From assembly GCA_006969905.1 (NCBI GenBank), contig CP030887.1, forward strand, positions 2,218,730 through 2,282,729: a stretch of DNA of 64,000 bases. The letters run 5' to 3'. Position numbers and translations under genes: made by a program. Source of the DNA: Balneolaceae bacterium. GTDB lineage: Bacteria > Bacteroidota > Rhodothermia > Balneolales > Balneolaceae. Shown here in pieces: positions 29,178 through 38,864 of the stretch. The notes below the pieces were generated by a model. The model was given only the letters and a program-made list of their open reading frames with translations, was not told the origin of the DNA and made no database searches. Each line of letters begins with the position of its first letter. The stretch's first letter is position 1.

Positions 29178-32100
29178 ATTGTTTCTTTTGTATAAGCTGA
29201 ATGACTGGCTTTATAAATGTAGAATCAGCTTCAATGCGTCGCTTTAAAGCTAAAAATTCATTCCAATCGGTAAACACCCGTTCCGTAATCAGGGTAGTTT
29301 TATCCTGTTCGTCAATTACTACTTTTGAGCGCACATTGAAGCTGTTATCAATTCGAATAGCATATAGTGCTGCATCTTCTGCAGTCCTGAACTCACCAAA
29401 TTGCAGCACAAATTCAAAATCAGCATTAATTATATCTGTTGCTATCTGCCTTGTTAGATAGAGATCGAGTGAAGGGTATTTAGTTATTAATTCTAACCGC
29501 TTTTTTAAAGCAACAGTACGATTCTCAAAAGGGCCTAAACGTACTTTATACATCGTATCCTTATTATCGAACATCGTATTGGCCTGGATACCAAAACGAT
29601 TATTTAAGCGATTAATGAGTTGGTTCGACTGGTATTCCTTAAAGAAAGCACCAAATTGAAGAAAATAGTGCTCAAATCCTGATTTAATATTATCAGAGGT
29701 TGAAGTATCTGAAGAGTAGCACTTATTGATAACGGCTATATCCGGAAACACTTTGTTTGTTGAAGAACGTGCTAAAGCTGCTGATTCAGAAAAAGTAGAG
29801 GAAGCCCTACTTCTGAGAGCATAAAGGTTTCTGGATGTATTAAAAACAATAGAAGGGCTATACGTTTGATTTTGCTTTGCAAGCTCTGTCGCTTTTGAAA
29901 GAGATGAGTAAGCACCAAGCTGTAACCCATATTTACAACCGTCTATGCTAAGAGAATCTACTTCAATATTATAGTTAATGGATATGGCATTATTTCTTCG
30001 AACTACTGATGCAGAACCTACCGAAGGAGAAGGCTCGGGACTTGCTGTAATAGAAGACTCTGTTTCCAGGGCTTCTTGCTCCTCGATAGGGAGTAATAAA
30101 AAGTTTAATCCTTCTATAAAGTCACCTTCCGGCAATGGTTTAATTTCAAATTCAATTTTTGCAGGTTGGGAGATTACTTTTAAAATATCCAGCTGGTTTT
30201 TTTCAATTTGGGCCTCATACTTGCCGGGGGGAAGTTCATAAGCATAATAACTGCCCTCAGAAAAAGACCGCACCTCTTGTGAGTAATCACCATCCAGCTT
30301 GTTTATCAGTATTTTTACACCGCCCTGACCACTAGTAGTTTCAGTTCCGGGGAATTTACGCTCAACACGCCCCTCCATTACCCCCGATATATAGAATGGA
30401 ATATCTATAGGCTTAAACTGGTTGGGGTCAGAAATCATCGCAAACTTATCGAACACAGGGACCAGCATAGGATTTCTGATATTAGACTTTATGACTTCCA
30501 TATTGTACTTAAAATAGGGCAGTAGCTGGGTAAAGTAATTAATGTTGCCTACTGATATTTGAGAAGCTCCGGCGCGGTCTATTCGCACCGCATTATCCGT
30601 CATAATTTCATCCCCATCATCGTAGATGCTGTTTGCATTATTGTCGACAAAAAGACGAATAGCAGTGGCTGATCTTCCTACCTGCTGCCTTGCAGTAAGT
30701 AAAAACTGGCTGTTTTCAGAATCGAAACCAACTGAACCACGGAAATTCTGGGTGATAGTGTTATTGTTACGAAGGCTTCTGAACGTGGTACTTGATCGTG
30801 TCCTGTTGAAATCGAGAACAAGGTTTAATCCTACGCTATTAAACTTACTAAAGAAATTCCTGGCAAATACAAGTTGTATACGTCCTTTTTGAGTTACATT
30901 TCGGGAAAAAAGAAATTCAAGACCTTCAAACTCATTCAGTTTCGGCAGGTAGCTGAACTGGGCTCGTATGAATGAGCCTTTTAGAAAATCAGGGAGGGTA
31001 GAAGCCCTGGAAATAGAATAAGTATAGGAATTCTGGAACCTCGAAAGATTGGTAGGTTCTAAAAGGTTTAACTCGCCCACATAACTGTCTGAGTAAGCAA
31101 AACTAATATTTACCCTGTTTTTTCTTATCGATGTTTCCAGTTTTAAGCGCGTATTGTCAAGGCTTTCCCTTACCCTGGTAAAACTGTTTACCCGAAAGTT
31201 AACGGGAGTTCCAAAAAGAGTAATAGGAAAAAAGAAATTTGTTAATAACTGGCTTTGATCATTAGAGAGGTTATAGATTCCGGCACCTCCCGTGAAATTG
31301 GTATAAGTAATCCCGATACTGGCTGCGTTGGGATACACTACATTTGCTGAGGTGCGGATAAATGCATCTGAAGCAGCTTCAGCCTGGACCAGGTATTGCG
31401 AAAATAAGCGTGCTGAAAACCCACCCTTAAAGACAGGATTATCTAAGCTTTGATAGTATTCAGCCCCTGTACTGGCAGAGAGCCAGTGTGTTAAACCAAT
31501 GTCAATGTTTCCATTGGCAATGTAATCTCTTTCTGTACTACCGATTTGCCGGAAATCGGTTCGCCCAGCATTTAGCTGGTAATTGATCTCACCGGGTGGT
31601 GTAAAGGTAAAAGGGATTTGCACGCTTCTGGATTGTTCCTGAATTTGTCCCGTAGGCCCGAATATGCGTATGTCGTACCTTGATATTCCATAGGTAAGGG
31701 GAACAAGAAAGTCATAGTTGCCCAAGTCATTAGTTTCCTGGAAATCTACCAAAGCGTTATTCAGGTAGAGCTCTACCTCCGATTCAGGCAGGGTATTTCC
31801 CTGTATCCTGAACTCATCGAACATTCTCCGGGGCTCTACAGGCTCATTAGTAATCCTTAGGCCTGTGTAGGCATCTCCTATCAAACCGTCTGATCTTGTT
31901 TGGCCTACCACGATATTGGAGACCCATGGGTTCTCTCGTATAACTCTTCTCCATCGCAGCCCGTTTGTATTGAATGAACTGAATTCCTGGGAATAACTTC
32001 CATTCATACTTCCCTCAACATCCCCGCCAAATGCCTCCAGGCCAATATTTCCATTATAGGTAAAAAGATTAGTGTTTTCAGAGTAGGCATTTGAAATATT

Positions 32101-32703
32101 GTAATCCAATACCCCACCATTCAGCGTGCTTCTGTTTCTACCATAACGGACATCATAATTCTTTTCTACAGAAGCATTATAACGGGCACGGGTTCTTTTT
32201 TGCTGCCTTAACAACTCGGAAACAACAGGCAGGGTTCTAATAGATTCCAGCGTAAGGGCCAGGTTGTTGAAATCAACAGTGAAATCTAAGTCAAAAAGCT
32301 TTTTAAAAACATCCGGTCTAAAGTAATAGTCAAGGTCTCCAATTAAGAAGTCATCCTGGGTGAGGGTGAACCTTTTATCACCAAAACGGGCAGAAAAAGT
32401 TGTCAGGTTTACTTCATAAGGTGTTTGCTCTTCCAGGTATTTACCTTTTAGGATAATCTGGCCATTTATATAGGGTGTATAGTCTATTTTCAGAAGGCGG
32501 AACAGTTCTCCCATTGGTAAATAGAACTCGTCATCTTTGTAATAGCTTACTATTACGGTATTGATGACACTCCGATGCCGGAAAGAGGGGTAAAGCTCTA
32601 TTGCCTCATCATCATTTATGACCTGTGCTGAACTTTCAACAGGAGCTAGAGATAAAGAAATAAGGATGATGAATAAAAAGGTATGAAAATACCATCTTTT
32701 CAC
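29176..32703 (-). CDS. Alternate chaperone-usher-type usher-like outer-membrane protein with three C-terminal SPOR-like domains
   Basis: Usher-like motifs (EVELYLNNAL, PLTYG...GPTGQ), beta-barrel-like region, Ig-like segment, then LQLGAY / LQFGAF..YKVRLGPF / LQFGEF SPOR-like units; GTG start overlaps the chaperone stop. Confidence 0.72.
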   Translation of the reverse strand: MKRWYFHTFLFIILISLSLAPVESSAQVINDDEAIELYPSFRHRSVINTVIVSYYKDDEFYLPMGELFRLLKIDYTPYINGQIILKGKYLEEQTPYEVNLTTFSARFGDKRFTLTQDDFLIGDLDYYFRPDVFKKLFDLDFTVDFNNLALTLESIRTLPVVSELLRQQKRTRARYNASVEKNYDVRYGRNRSTLNGGVLDYNISNAYSENTNLFTYNGNIGLEAFGGDVEGSMNGSYSQEFSSFNTNGLRWRRVIRENPWVSNIVVGQTRSDGLIGDAYTGLRITNEPVEPRRMFDEFRIQGNTLPESEVELYLNNALVDFQETNDLGNYDFLVPLTYGISRYDIRIFGPTGQIQEQSRSVQIPFTFTPPGEINYQLNAGRTDFRQIGSTERDYIANGNIDIGLTHWLSASTGAEYYQSLDNPVFKGGFSARLFSQYLVQAEAASDAFIRTSANVVYPNAASIGITYTNFTGGAGIYNLSNDQSQLLTNFFFPITLFGTPVNFRVNSFTRVRESLDNTRLKLETSIRKNRVNISFAYSDSYVGELNLLEPTNLSRFQNSYTYSISRASTLPDFLKGSFIRAQFSYLPKLNEFEGLEFLFSRNVTQKGRIQLVFARNFFSKFNSVGLNLVLDFNRTRSSTTFRSLRNNNTITQNFRGSVGFDSENSQFLLTARQQVGRSATAIRLFVDNNANSIYDDGDEIMTDNAVRIDRAGASQISVGNINYFTQLLPYFKYNMEVIKSNIRNPMLVPVFDKFAMISDPNQFKPIDIPFYISGVMEGRVERKFPGTETTSGQGGVKILINKLDGDYSQEVRSFSEGSYYAYELPPGKYEAQIEKNQLDILKVISQPAKIEFEIKPLPEGDFIEGLNFLLLPIEEQEALETESSITASPEPSPSVGSASVVRRNNAISINYNIEVDSLSIDGCKYGLQLGAYSSLSKATELAKQNQTYSPSIVFNTSRNLYALRSRASSTFSESAALARSSTNKVFPDIAVINKCYSSDTSTSDNIKSGFEHYFLQFGAFFKEYQSNQLINRLNNRFGIQANTMFDNKDTMYKVRLGPFENRTVALKKRLELITKYPSLDLYLTRQIATDIINADFEFVLQFGEFRTAEDAALYAIRIDNSFNVRSKVVIDEQDKTTLITERVFTDWNEFLALKRRIEADSTFIKPVIQLIQKKQ

Positions 32704-33575
32704 TGTTTACTGAATGTGACAGACTTTGAGGAGGTTTCAGATTGAACAATATCTCCGCTTGAAATGTCATTTCGCTGTGTTTCAAAAACAAGCTCTGCCC
32801 GGTATGTTCCGGGAGCCAGCGAACTCACATTTATTTCTTGCTTATGTACCCCATCAAAAAAGATGGTGGTGGAAACAAAGTTGCCGGGAGTATTTATTTT
32901 TTTGTTATTAGAATCATAGATATTGGCAGTAATGGTTCCTAAAAAAGGAGAATTACCGATTCTATTTACATCAGCCAGAACTTCGAGTATTCCGTCTTCT
33001 CTCTGATTTGTTCTCATATCACCAATAACAATTCCGGTTGTAACGTCACCTTTTTTAAGGTATAAACCGGTTATCTGTTCAATTTTGAAACCTACCCGTG
33101 CTGTCACAGTCTCAGTAGACTGGAGCTCAACAGGAGGTGCTTCGGGGGAAGAAGTGGTTTTAATGCGTGCCCAGTAAGTTCCATCATCCAGATCAGCAGG
33201 AGCATTTACCCTTAAGCGTACAATCTGGCGTTGGCCGGGTTGTAGTGTAAAGTTCCTGGGAAATGCGCGTACCTGGTCAGCTATGGAATGCTGGGTTTCT
33301 TTTTGAGGATCATCATATACCAAACTTCTGTTACCTTGCTCATCCGTATCGCTGTAACCAAACAGGAACTCTATGGATATCTCCTGTGCCTGGTTAGAGC
33401 CGTTTATGATCATATACGTGCCAAACCTTGATTGGCTATCAATAAACAGGTTGGTAGGGGCAATGGTAACCTGCGCAGTTGCATAAGCAGGCGCAAGCAA
33501 TACGTAACAGAAGAGTATGTAGATGATTTTTTTCATTGCAAATGATTTCTTCCCTTGTTGCCTAATAATAATCAA
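32700..33575 (-). CDS. PapD-like periplasmic pilus chaperone
   Basis: Signal peptide (likely ATG at 33536); VTIAPTNLFI...FPRNFTLQPGQRQIVRL. Confidence 0.78.
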   Translation of the reverse strand: MIIIRQQGKKSFAMKKIIYILFCYVLLAPAYATAQVTIAPTNLFIDSQSRFGTYMIINGSNQAQEISIEFLFGYSDTDEQGNRSLVYDDPQKETQHSIADQVRAFPRNFTLQPGQRQIVRLRVNAPADLDDGTYWARIKTTSSPEAPPVELQSTETVTARVGFKIEQITGLYLKKGDVTTGIVIGDMRTNQREDGILEVLADVNRIGNSPFLGTITANIYDSNNKKINTPGNFVSTTIFFDGVHKQEINVSSLAPGTYRAELVFETQRNDISSGDIVQSETSSKSVTFSKQ

Positions 33576-33625
33576 AAATTATAAAGAATAGGACTTTTAA
33601 TTTGAACGTGTTGTATGGGTGATAC

Positions 33626-33657
33626 AAAAAAGTCCCATTACTGGTGGGTAATGGGAC
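33626..33657 (-). terminator. Intrinsic terminator after the putative major pilin gene
   Basis: 10-bp stem GTCCCATTAC/GTAATGGGAC, 6-nt loop, T6 tract on the minus strand. Confidence 0.85.
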
Positions 33658-33680
33658 CTTAAAGGCTTTTAAAAAGCTAA

Positions 33681-34193
33681 TTAGTTATACGATACAGTAA
33701 AAGTTACTGCAGATCCACCACCATTGGTAGTAGCAAATGACCCGGTTGCACCTGTGTCAGCTAGTGTACCACCAACATCTAAAGTGATTGAACCACCGGT
33801 AATAGTTTGAGTAGAACCGGAAGTTACAGCAGAAGCACCCAGATAAACAGATGGAGTAAAGGTTGTTGGGTTTAATCCACCGCCATCAGTTAATGTACCG
33901 TTTGTAAATGAAACTGATATAGAAGCACCAGAAGTACCGTCTATTTGTAAAGAACCGGCAGTAGCACCCACTCCTACATTAGCTTCAGTAGCGGCATCAT
34001 TCGCATTTGCATCCAAAGTAGTAACACCCTGGGAAATAGTTCCTAGGTTTACTGCGGTAGGAGATAAAACAATTACTGCATTTACAGTAGCAGATACTTC
34101 AACGTCTGCAGTTTGTGCATTTGCTGTGGCAGTTAAACCAGCAGCAACAAATAAAACAAAAGTGGTTTTTAAAAGAGTTTTCATGACTTTCAT
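33681..34193 (-). CDS. DUF4402/Csu-like pilin, probable major subunit
   Basis: Sec signal ending ANA-Q; A/G/T-rich Ig-like body; LNLG-type motif; C-terminal TVSYN; followed by a terminator. Confidence 0.72.
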   Translation of the reverse strand: MKVMKTLLKTTFVLFVAAGLTATANAQTADVEVSATVNAVIVLSPTAVNLGTISQGVTTLDANANDAATEANVGVGATAGSLQIDGTSGASISVSFTNGTLTDGGGLNPTTFTPSVYLGASAVTSGSTQTITGGSITLDVGGTLADTGATGSFATTNGGGSAVTFTVSYN

Positions 34194-34276
34194 ATTTGGT
34201 TTTTTAAGTTCTGCTACAAATATCCCGCTAAAAAAAGTGATAAAAAAGTTAGGTAGTTTTAATTAAAGCAATCTAA

Positions 34277-34822
34277 TTATTCATATACAACGGATAAAAA
34301 CACATCTCCTTCATATACACCGGTAGGGATATTGCCCACATCTATTGAACCATACACATAAATATATACGGTTTCCCATAGGTCGGATGTATTCCTGGAT
34401 TGAATGCCTGAAGGGTAATCATATACATTGAACAAGGCGCCAGACATAGGAATGTCAAAGGAATTTCTGTAATCATCTTCTCCACGGTTATTAACAGAAG
34501 CCTGAAGAAGAACCGGAATACCTTCATTAATTGCCGGGTTCTCGTGTTTTAACTGATCGGGGTTTATAAGTTCGACAAATATTCTTTGGTTTCTAAAAGC
34601 GCGGATAGTAAAAATACCCATATTCGGATCGCCAATATCTACTGATTTAAGCCCGAAATTGGTAGCTATACGCCCAAAATTCAGGTCATTCACAACAGAA
34701 GCACTTAATTCGGGCTCGATCTTAAGTTGAAGGTTAATGAATTGTGCCGGTACCCGGTTTGCAATAGACAGGCTAAAAAAGAGTGCCAACACGTATATTG
34801 ATACTGTTTTTCCGCTATTCAT
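34277..34822 (-). CDS. DUF4402/Csu-like minor pilin
   Basis: Signal peptide, DLNFGRI, YVYGSIDVG...GVYEGD...SVVYE. Confidence 0.7.
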   Translation of the reverse strand: MNSGKTVSIYVLALFFSLSIANRVPAQFINLQLKIEPELSASVVNDLNFGRIATNFGLKSVDIGDPNMGIFTIRAFRNQRIFVELINPDQLKHENPAINEGIPVLLQASVNNRGEDDYRNSFDIPMSGALFNVYDYPSGIQSRNTSDLWETVYIYVYGSIDVGNIPTGVYEGDVFLSVVYE

Positions 34823-35405
34823 AGCTTACACTTATTGTAATATTGCTATTGTAATCACCAGCATTTACAGCACCTATATTAACAGAGCCATAAATATACA
34901 AGTAAGCAGTTTCATTGAATACGGATGGGTCAAAACCTTCGTATACCGGGGTGGGGGGAGGCCCTGCGGGGCCGCTTGTTCTTTTAAGAATAGGGAAGCG
35001 TGCTGCTTTCATATTACCCCCTGCACTAATTATAGTTGCCTGGCCTATATTATCTGCACCCAGGTTTGCATAGGCAGCCTCTAAAGTAAAATCTATACTA
35101 CATGAAGGATCGCCAATACAGCCCGGATTTCCATTTAGCAACAACTCATCATCGGCTGTAATGGTTATAAATACATCCAGGTATTTAACCCCTTCAATAG
35201 CTACCGTTGCTCCCTCAGAGATAGTAATATTGGTTACCCCGCTTGAGGCAACCAACGGGATTGGACTTCCCAGTACAATTCCGCCAGGGGTAAGATTAGT
35301 AAGAGTAGCACTATAATTGTAGTAAGATCCAAAATCTACCTGGGCATTAACAAGGGTAGAAAAAGAGCTGAGAAAGAAGGACAATATGAATATTGCTTTC
35401 TTCAT
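34815..35405 (-). CDS. DUF4402/Csu-like minor pilin
   Basis: Signal peptide, YIYGSVNIG..NAGDYNS...VSYE; CIGDPSC Cys pair. Confidence 0.68.
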   Translation of the reverse strand: MKKAIFILSFFLSSFSTLVNAQVDFGSYYNYSATLTNLTPGGIVLGSPIPLVASSGVTNITISEGATVAIEGVKYLDVFITITADDELLLNGNPGCIGDPSCSIDFTLEAAYANLGADNIGQATIISAGGNMKAARFPILKRTSGPAGPPPTPVYEGFDPSVFNETAYLYIYGSVNIGAVNAGDYNSNITISVSYE

Positions 35406-35407
35406 TA

Positions 35408-35926
35408 TTATATATAGTCTATCTCAATGGTAAAATCACCTTCGTAGGTACCCGGGTTTGCACGTTCTAAATTAATTCTGCCACCAACCCAAAGATATAA
35501 GCGGCCCTCTCTGTTTAGTTTTTGTAGCCGGCTGTCATCGCCAATTAGTTCTGAGGTTCCCTGGTTGTCTTCCGTATTGGTGGAGACTTCATAGGTAAAT
35601 ACAAGAACTCCGGGGCCATCTGTACGGGTAAGCTCCCTGTTTCTAAAATAGTTGATTTGAATATCTGCCTCAGCAGTTCCTACTGCAATCATGTGGCCGG
35701 CTGCGGCATCTGTAATCGGGTTTATCACAATTTCGAGTTGTCCCGGCTGTGCCTGGGTAACATCCATACTCTTTACTGTAATCAGCTCAATAGATCGAAT
35801 TACGTTAGCTTTTATATCAATATTGGCGCTAAACTCGGATGAATTAACCTGACCTAAAACAATATTAGTTATTAATAAAAAGGGTATTAGAATAAGTAGT
35901 CTCATAGTGCACTCTGTTTGAGACAA
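35408..35926 (-). CDS. DUF4402/Csu-like minor pilin
   Basis: Signal peptide (likely ATG at 35905); LWVGGRI....PGTYEGDFTIEIDYI. Confidence 0.72.
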   Translation of the reverse strand: MSQTECTMRLLILIPFLLITNIVLGQVNSSEFSANIDIKANVIRSIELITVKSMDVTQAQPGQLEIVINPITDAAAGHMIAVGTAEADIQINYFRNRELTRTDGPGVLVFTYEVSTNTEDNQGTSELIGDDSRLQKLNREGRLYLWVGGRINLERANPGTYEGDFTIEIDYI

Positions 35927-35992
35927 TTTTGTACAAAATAGAGATTAAAGCTAGTTAGGTTTTTTTAATTAGATGGATATAATGAACGTCAT

Positions 35993-36397
35993 CTAAAATG
36001 GAAAAGTGTCGAATACATAAGGAGGGTGGTTAACATCCATGCCTTTTAATTCTATATAACGGGGTAAACTTTCCTGGAGGGTGCCTCTATTCAGGGTTTG
36101 TATGAAATAATTAAAGGTAAGGGTTTGATCGGTATATCTGCGGGGAAAGTTGATAGTAACGCTGTATACGCTATCAATAGGCTGTTCGTCATTAAGCTGA
36201 AAAGTAGTAACACGGGTAAAGGGTTGTAAGTCGCCTTTTACACGTAAAATATCCTGCCCGGGAATGAAAGTGCTGTCTTCAAGCATGGGTTTCATATTTA
36301 CGTTAAAGGTAACCTTGGTTTGGGCAGAGATACTGCTTGCCATAAAGGAAAGCACTATTAAGAATGGTATGCTTTTGAATAGTCTATTGAAGTACAT
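35993..36397 (-). CDS. Secreted single-domain protein, CBM20-like beta-sandwich
   Basis: Signal peptide then VTFNVNM..RVKGD...YSVTINF...FNYFI. Confidence 0.5.
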   Translation of the reverse strand: MYFNRLFKSIPFLIVLSFMASSISAQTKVTFNVNMKPMLEDSTFIPGQDILRVKGDLQPFTRVTTFQLNDEQPIDSVYSVTINFPRRYTDQTLTFNYFIQTLNRGTLQESLPRYIELKGMDVNHPPYVFDTFPF

Positions 36398-36408
36398 TGA
36401 GTGATGAA

Positions 36409-37683
36409 TTAGCTTGATGGTTTCTCTAATAGTTTGTCTTTCCAGTATAGAATAGAAAATACGGCTTCGCGCGGGAACATAGGGGGTACATTATATTTAA
36501 GCCTGGTATCATATTCATAGTCTTTTGCAAACCCTGAGTAAATGCTACCACTAGAAAAAGTACCTACAGGCCCCCTGGTTTCTTGTATAATTCCTCCATA
36601 CACATGTAGGGTACCTCTATTACAGCAAGAAGTGTAGTTTTCGACATAGAACGAATTGTTTAATGCCATAATAGATCCATAGATATTCAGATCTTTTGAA
36701 CCGCTCGCTGAGTGTGCATTACGGTCTACTACTACTGACCCTTCACTTACCAAACCGAGATAATCTGTAGAGTTAGGATTGGTCTTTGGATCATCGTTAT
36801 AATAGATATCCCCGATTATTTCGATGTCTTCTTCGGAATGGATAGTTAGTGCTCCACTTACGGTACCTTCTATATAAATATCTTTTGAAGAGGAAAGCAC
36901 CCCGTTTGTACCAGACATATCGTAATTCACTGTAGAGCTCCAGTTGCTTCCTGTCCATGTGCGAACATCTACCGTACCGTTAGCCTTTGGTTCTACGCGA
37001 ATAATATCAGTAAAATTTATTCCACCGCTTGCAGCGGCATTTTTTATAGCTAATAATTGTTCAGCAGCCGGAATCGTTTTTACCGGGGCGCTAAAGTTAG
37101 AGCCCCCATTAAATTCAGGGTTGTTAGTATAGGATGAATGCCCAATCCAGCTGGTTGGACTTGTGACCAACCCTTCAAAAACAGGTTCTCCTGCTATTCT
37201 GAATGTACCGTTTGTATGAACCGGGCCACTAAGTGTATCTCCGGTCAAAAACCAAATATTGCTAGGTTGTGTATTGGTATAATAGGAGTATTTGGAAAAG
37301 GAGTCTCGTTGCATCAGCACTTCTGTAGCTACGGTATAGCCTTCATATTCAACTTCGCTATATAGCAGTAGCTTATATTCATTCCATGTTCCTACATTAG
37401 CAGAATCACCAAAATTGGAAATAGTTGCCTGGTCATATGCAGTTAATTTACCTTTTCCTGGTGAGTAGCTGTCAGTTTCTATTTCTCCCATCCAGTCATT
37501 GTTATCCAATAATGCCTGCACAGCCTGATCAACAAGGCCTATGGATACATTTCTGGCCTGCTGTTCGTAGAAATAGTCAATGGTTTTTTCAGGTATAAGT
37601 GCAGTTCGCTCATTCATCCCAATTTTTGTCATACCTGTCACCAGTACTAATCCTGTCACTATCAACATTAAAGATCGTCCCAT
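36409..37683 (-). CDS. PilX-like protein (N-terminal helix plus beta-helix, DUF4900-like)
   Basis: N-terminal hydrophobic helix MGRSLMLIV, GPVHTNG motif, C-terminal KDYEYDTRL...PPMFP. Confidence 0.6.
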   Translation of the reverse strand: MGRSLMLIVTGLVLVTGMTKIGMNERTALIPEKTIDYFYEQQARNVSIGLVDQAVQALLDNNDWMGEIETDSYSPGKGKLTAYDQATISNFGDSANVGTWNEYKLLLYSEVEYEGYTVATEVLMQRDSFSKYSYYTNTQPSNIWFLTGDTLSGPVHTNGTFRIAGEPVFEGLVTSPTSWIGHSSYTNNPEFNGGSNFSAPVKTIPAAEQLLAIKNAAASGGINFTDIIRVEPKANGTVDVRTWTGSNWSSTVNYDMSGTNGVLSSSKDIYIEGTVSGALTIHSEEDIEIIGDIYYNDDPKTNPNSTDYLGLVSEGSVVVDRNAHSASGSKDLNIYGSIMALNNSFYVENYTSCCNRGTLHVYGGIIQETRGPVGTFSSGSIYSGFAKDYEYDTRLKYNVPPMFPREAVFSILYWKDKLLEKPSS

Positions 37684-37692
37684 AAGATACTC

Positions 37693-38292
37693 CTAGTAGG
37701 GTTTATTTAAATTATTTGGGAAGAATGTTTTCTTCCAAACCGAACGATAATATGCCTCGCCACCTTTTATCGACCCGGAGGGGTAATAAGGTTCTTCACT
37801 TTCCACAATCAGTTCTATTTCAATTCTTTTTACTGTTGAAGATGTGGAGGTTGTATTTCCCTGATCGTTATAGTAATTAACATTAAAGTAGGTTACTGGA
37901 AACCTGATTGTACTTGACGAAGAACTTGAAGAGGCAGGCCCGGTTCGTACCAGCCAATAGTCATTTGGGTTTGTTGAACCTGAAACAGGCCGGCTGCTTT
38001 TTTGCCATTCCCAGGTTACAGTGGTAACCCCAAAGGTGTCATCATCGAAAATATCGCCTTCAAAAGAGAGTTCTTTACTTTGCATGGTATTAATCGGATC
38101 TCCGGAAGTATCCAGGTAACCGAGGCGATTCATATCATTAGTGATGATGGAAACAATGGTATTCATGTTATCATGAGTCATTGATGACAACGTAACTTCC
38201 TGGGTTTGCCCTTGAAAAGTGATCGTAAAGAATAAAACGCTGAGAAGCATTAACCCCCCAACAATAAAACTTGTAAGAATACCAATATTCAT
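37693..38292 (-). CDS. PilW-like / minor-pilin-like protein
   Basis: N-terminal TM helix continuing into an amphipathic helix (DMNRLGY), then a beta-rich domain ending VKRIEIELIV. Confidence 0.5.
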   Translation of the reverse strand: MNIGILTSFIVGGLMLLSVLFFTITFQGQTQEVTLSSMTHDNMNTIVSIITNDMNRLGYLDTSGDPINTMQSKELSFEGDIFDDDTFGVTTVTWEWQKSSRPVSGSTNPNDYWLVRTGPASSSSSSSTIRFPVTYFNVNYYNDQGNTTSTSSTVKRIEIELIVESEEPYYPSGSIKGGEAYYRSVWKKTFFPNNLNKPY

Positions 38293-38295
38293 AGT

Positions 38296-38718
38296 TTACT
38301 GATTGAAAGACTTAATAAATTTAAGTGTATCGCTTATAGGAGGGTCCAAATAGTCATCTTCAACTATAACGGTGACCAAATACCTGTTAAGAGTAGATGA
38401 AGTAGAAATAAGAGTAGAACTTCCATCAATAGTTATCTGGCTCGAATACTCATTGCTCTCCCCAAACTGAACAGTTCTTGTTTTTGGATACCCTTTAAAA
38501 TAAGCATTGGATGAAGTATTACTTGAAAGCTTGCTTTCGTCAGTAATCCAGCGTACCTCATCAATGATATCCTGGCCTGCAGCAATAGCCCTGTATTCCA
38601 GTTCGGCACGGATCATAGTATCGGTAGTTGACTGGAAAGTAAGCGATGTACTCATACTCAGTAAAGAGAATGCTACCATCGCTCCCAATAGCAATATTAA
38701 ATCGGAAAAATCACTCAT
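38296..38718 (-). CDS. PilV-like / minor-pilin-like protein
   Basis: FSDLILLLGAMV hydrophobic helix, RAIAAGQDIIDEVR, short beta domain. Confidence 0.5.
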   Translation of the reverse strand: MSDFSDLILLLGAMVAFSLLSMSTSLTFQSTTDTMIRAELEYRAIAAGQDIIDEVRWITDESKLSSNTSSNAYFKGYPKTRTVQFGESNEYSSQITIDGSSTLISTSSTLNRYLVTVIVEDDYLDPPISDTLKFIKSFNQ

Positions 38719-38864
38719 ATTTTTTTATACCTGCTTTGTTCTCTTGTATTAAGAGAGGTAAAACCCTTCGCTATTACAAAAATGTATATAAAGAATGATT
38801 ATTGCTATTAAAAAAGCTGAAATTAGAAGGATTTAACGGCCTGCTTTACAAAAGCTTACAATTG

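Noticed and set aside
34948-34962. G-rich run GGGGTGGGGGGA in a pilin gene as a phase-variation tract
   Set aside because: The longest run is only 6 nt and encodes a Pro-rich segment; the frame is intact.
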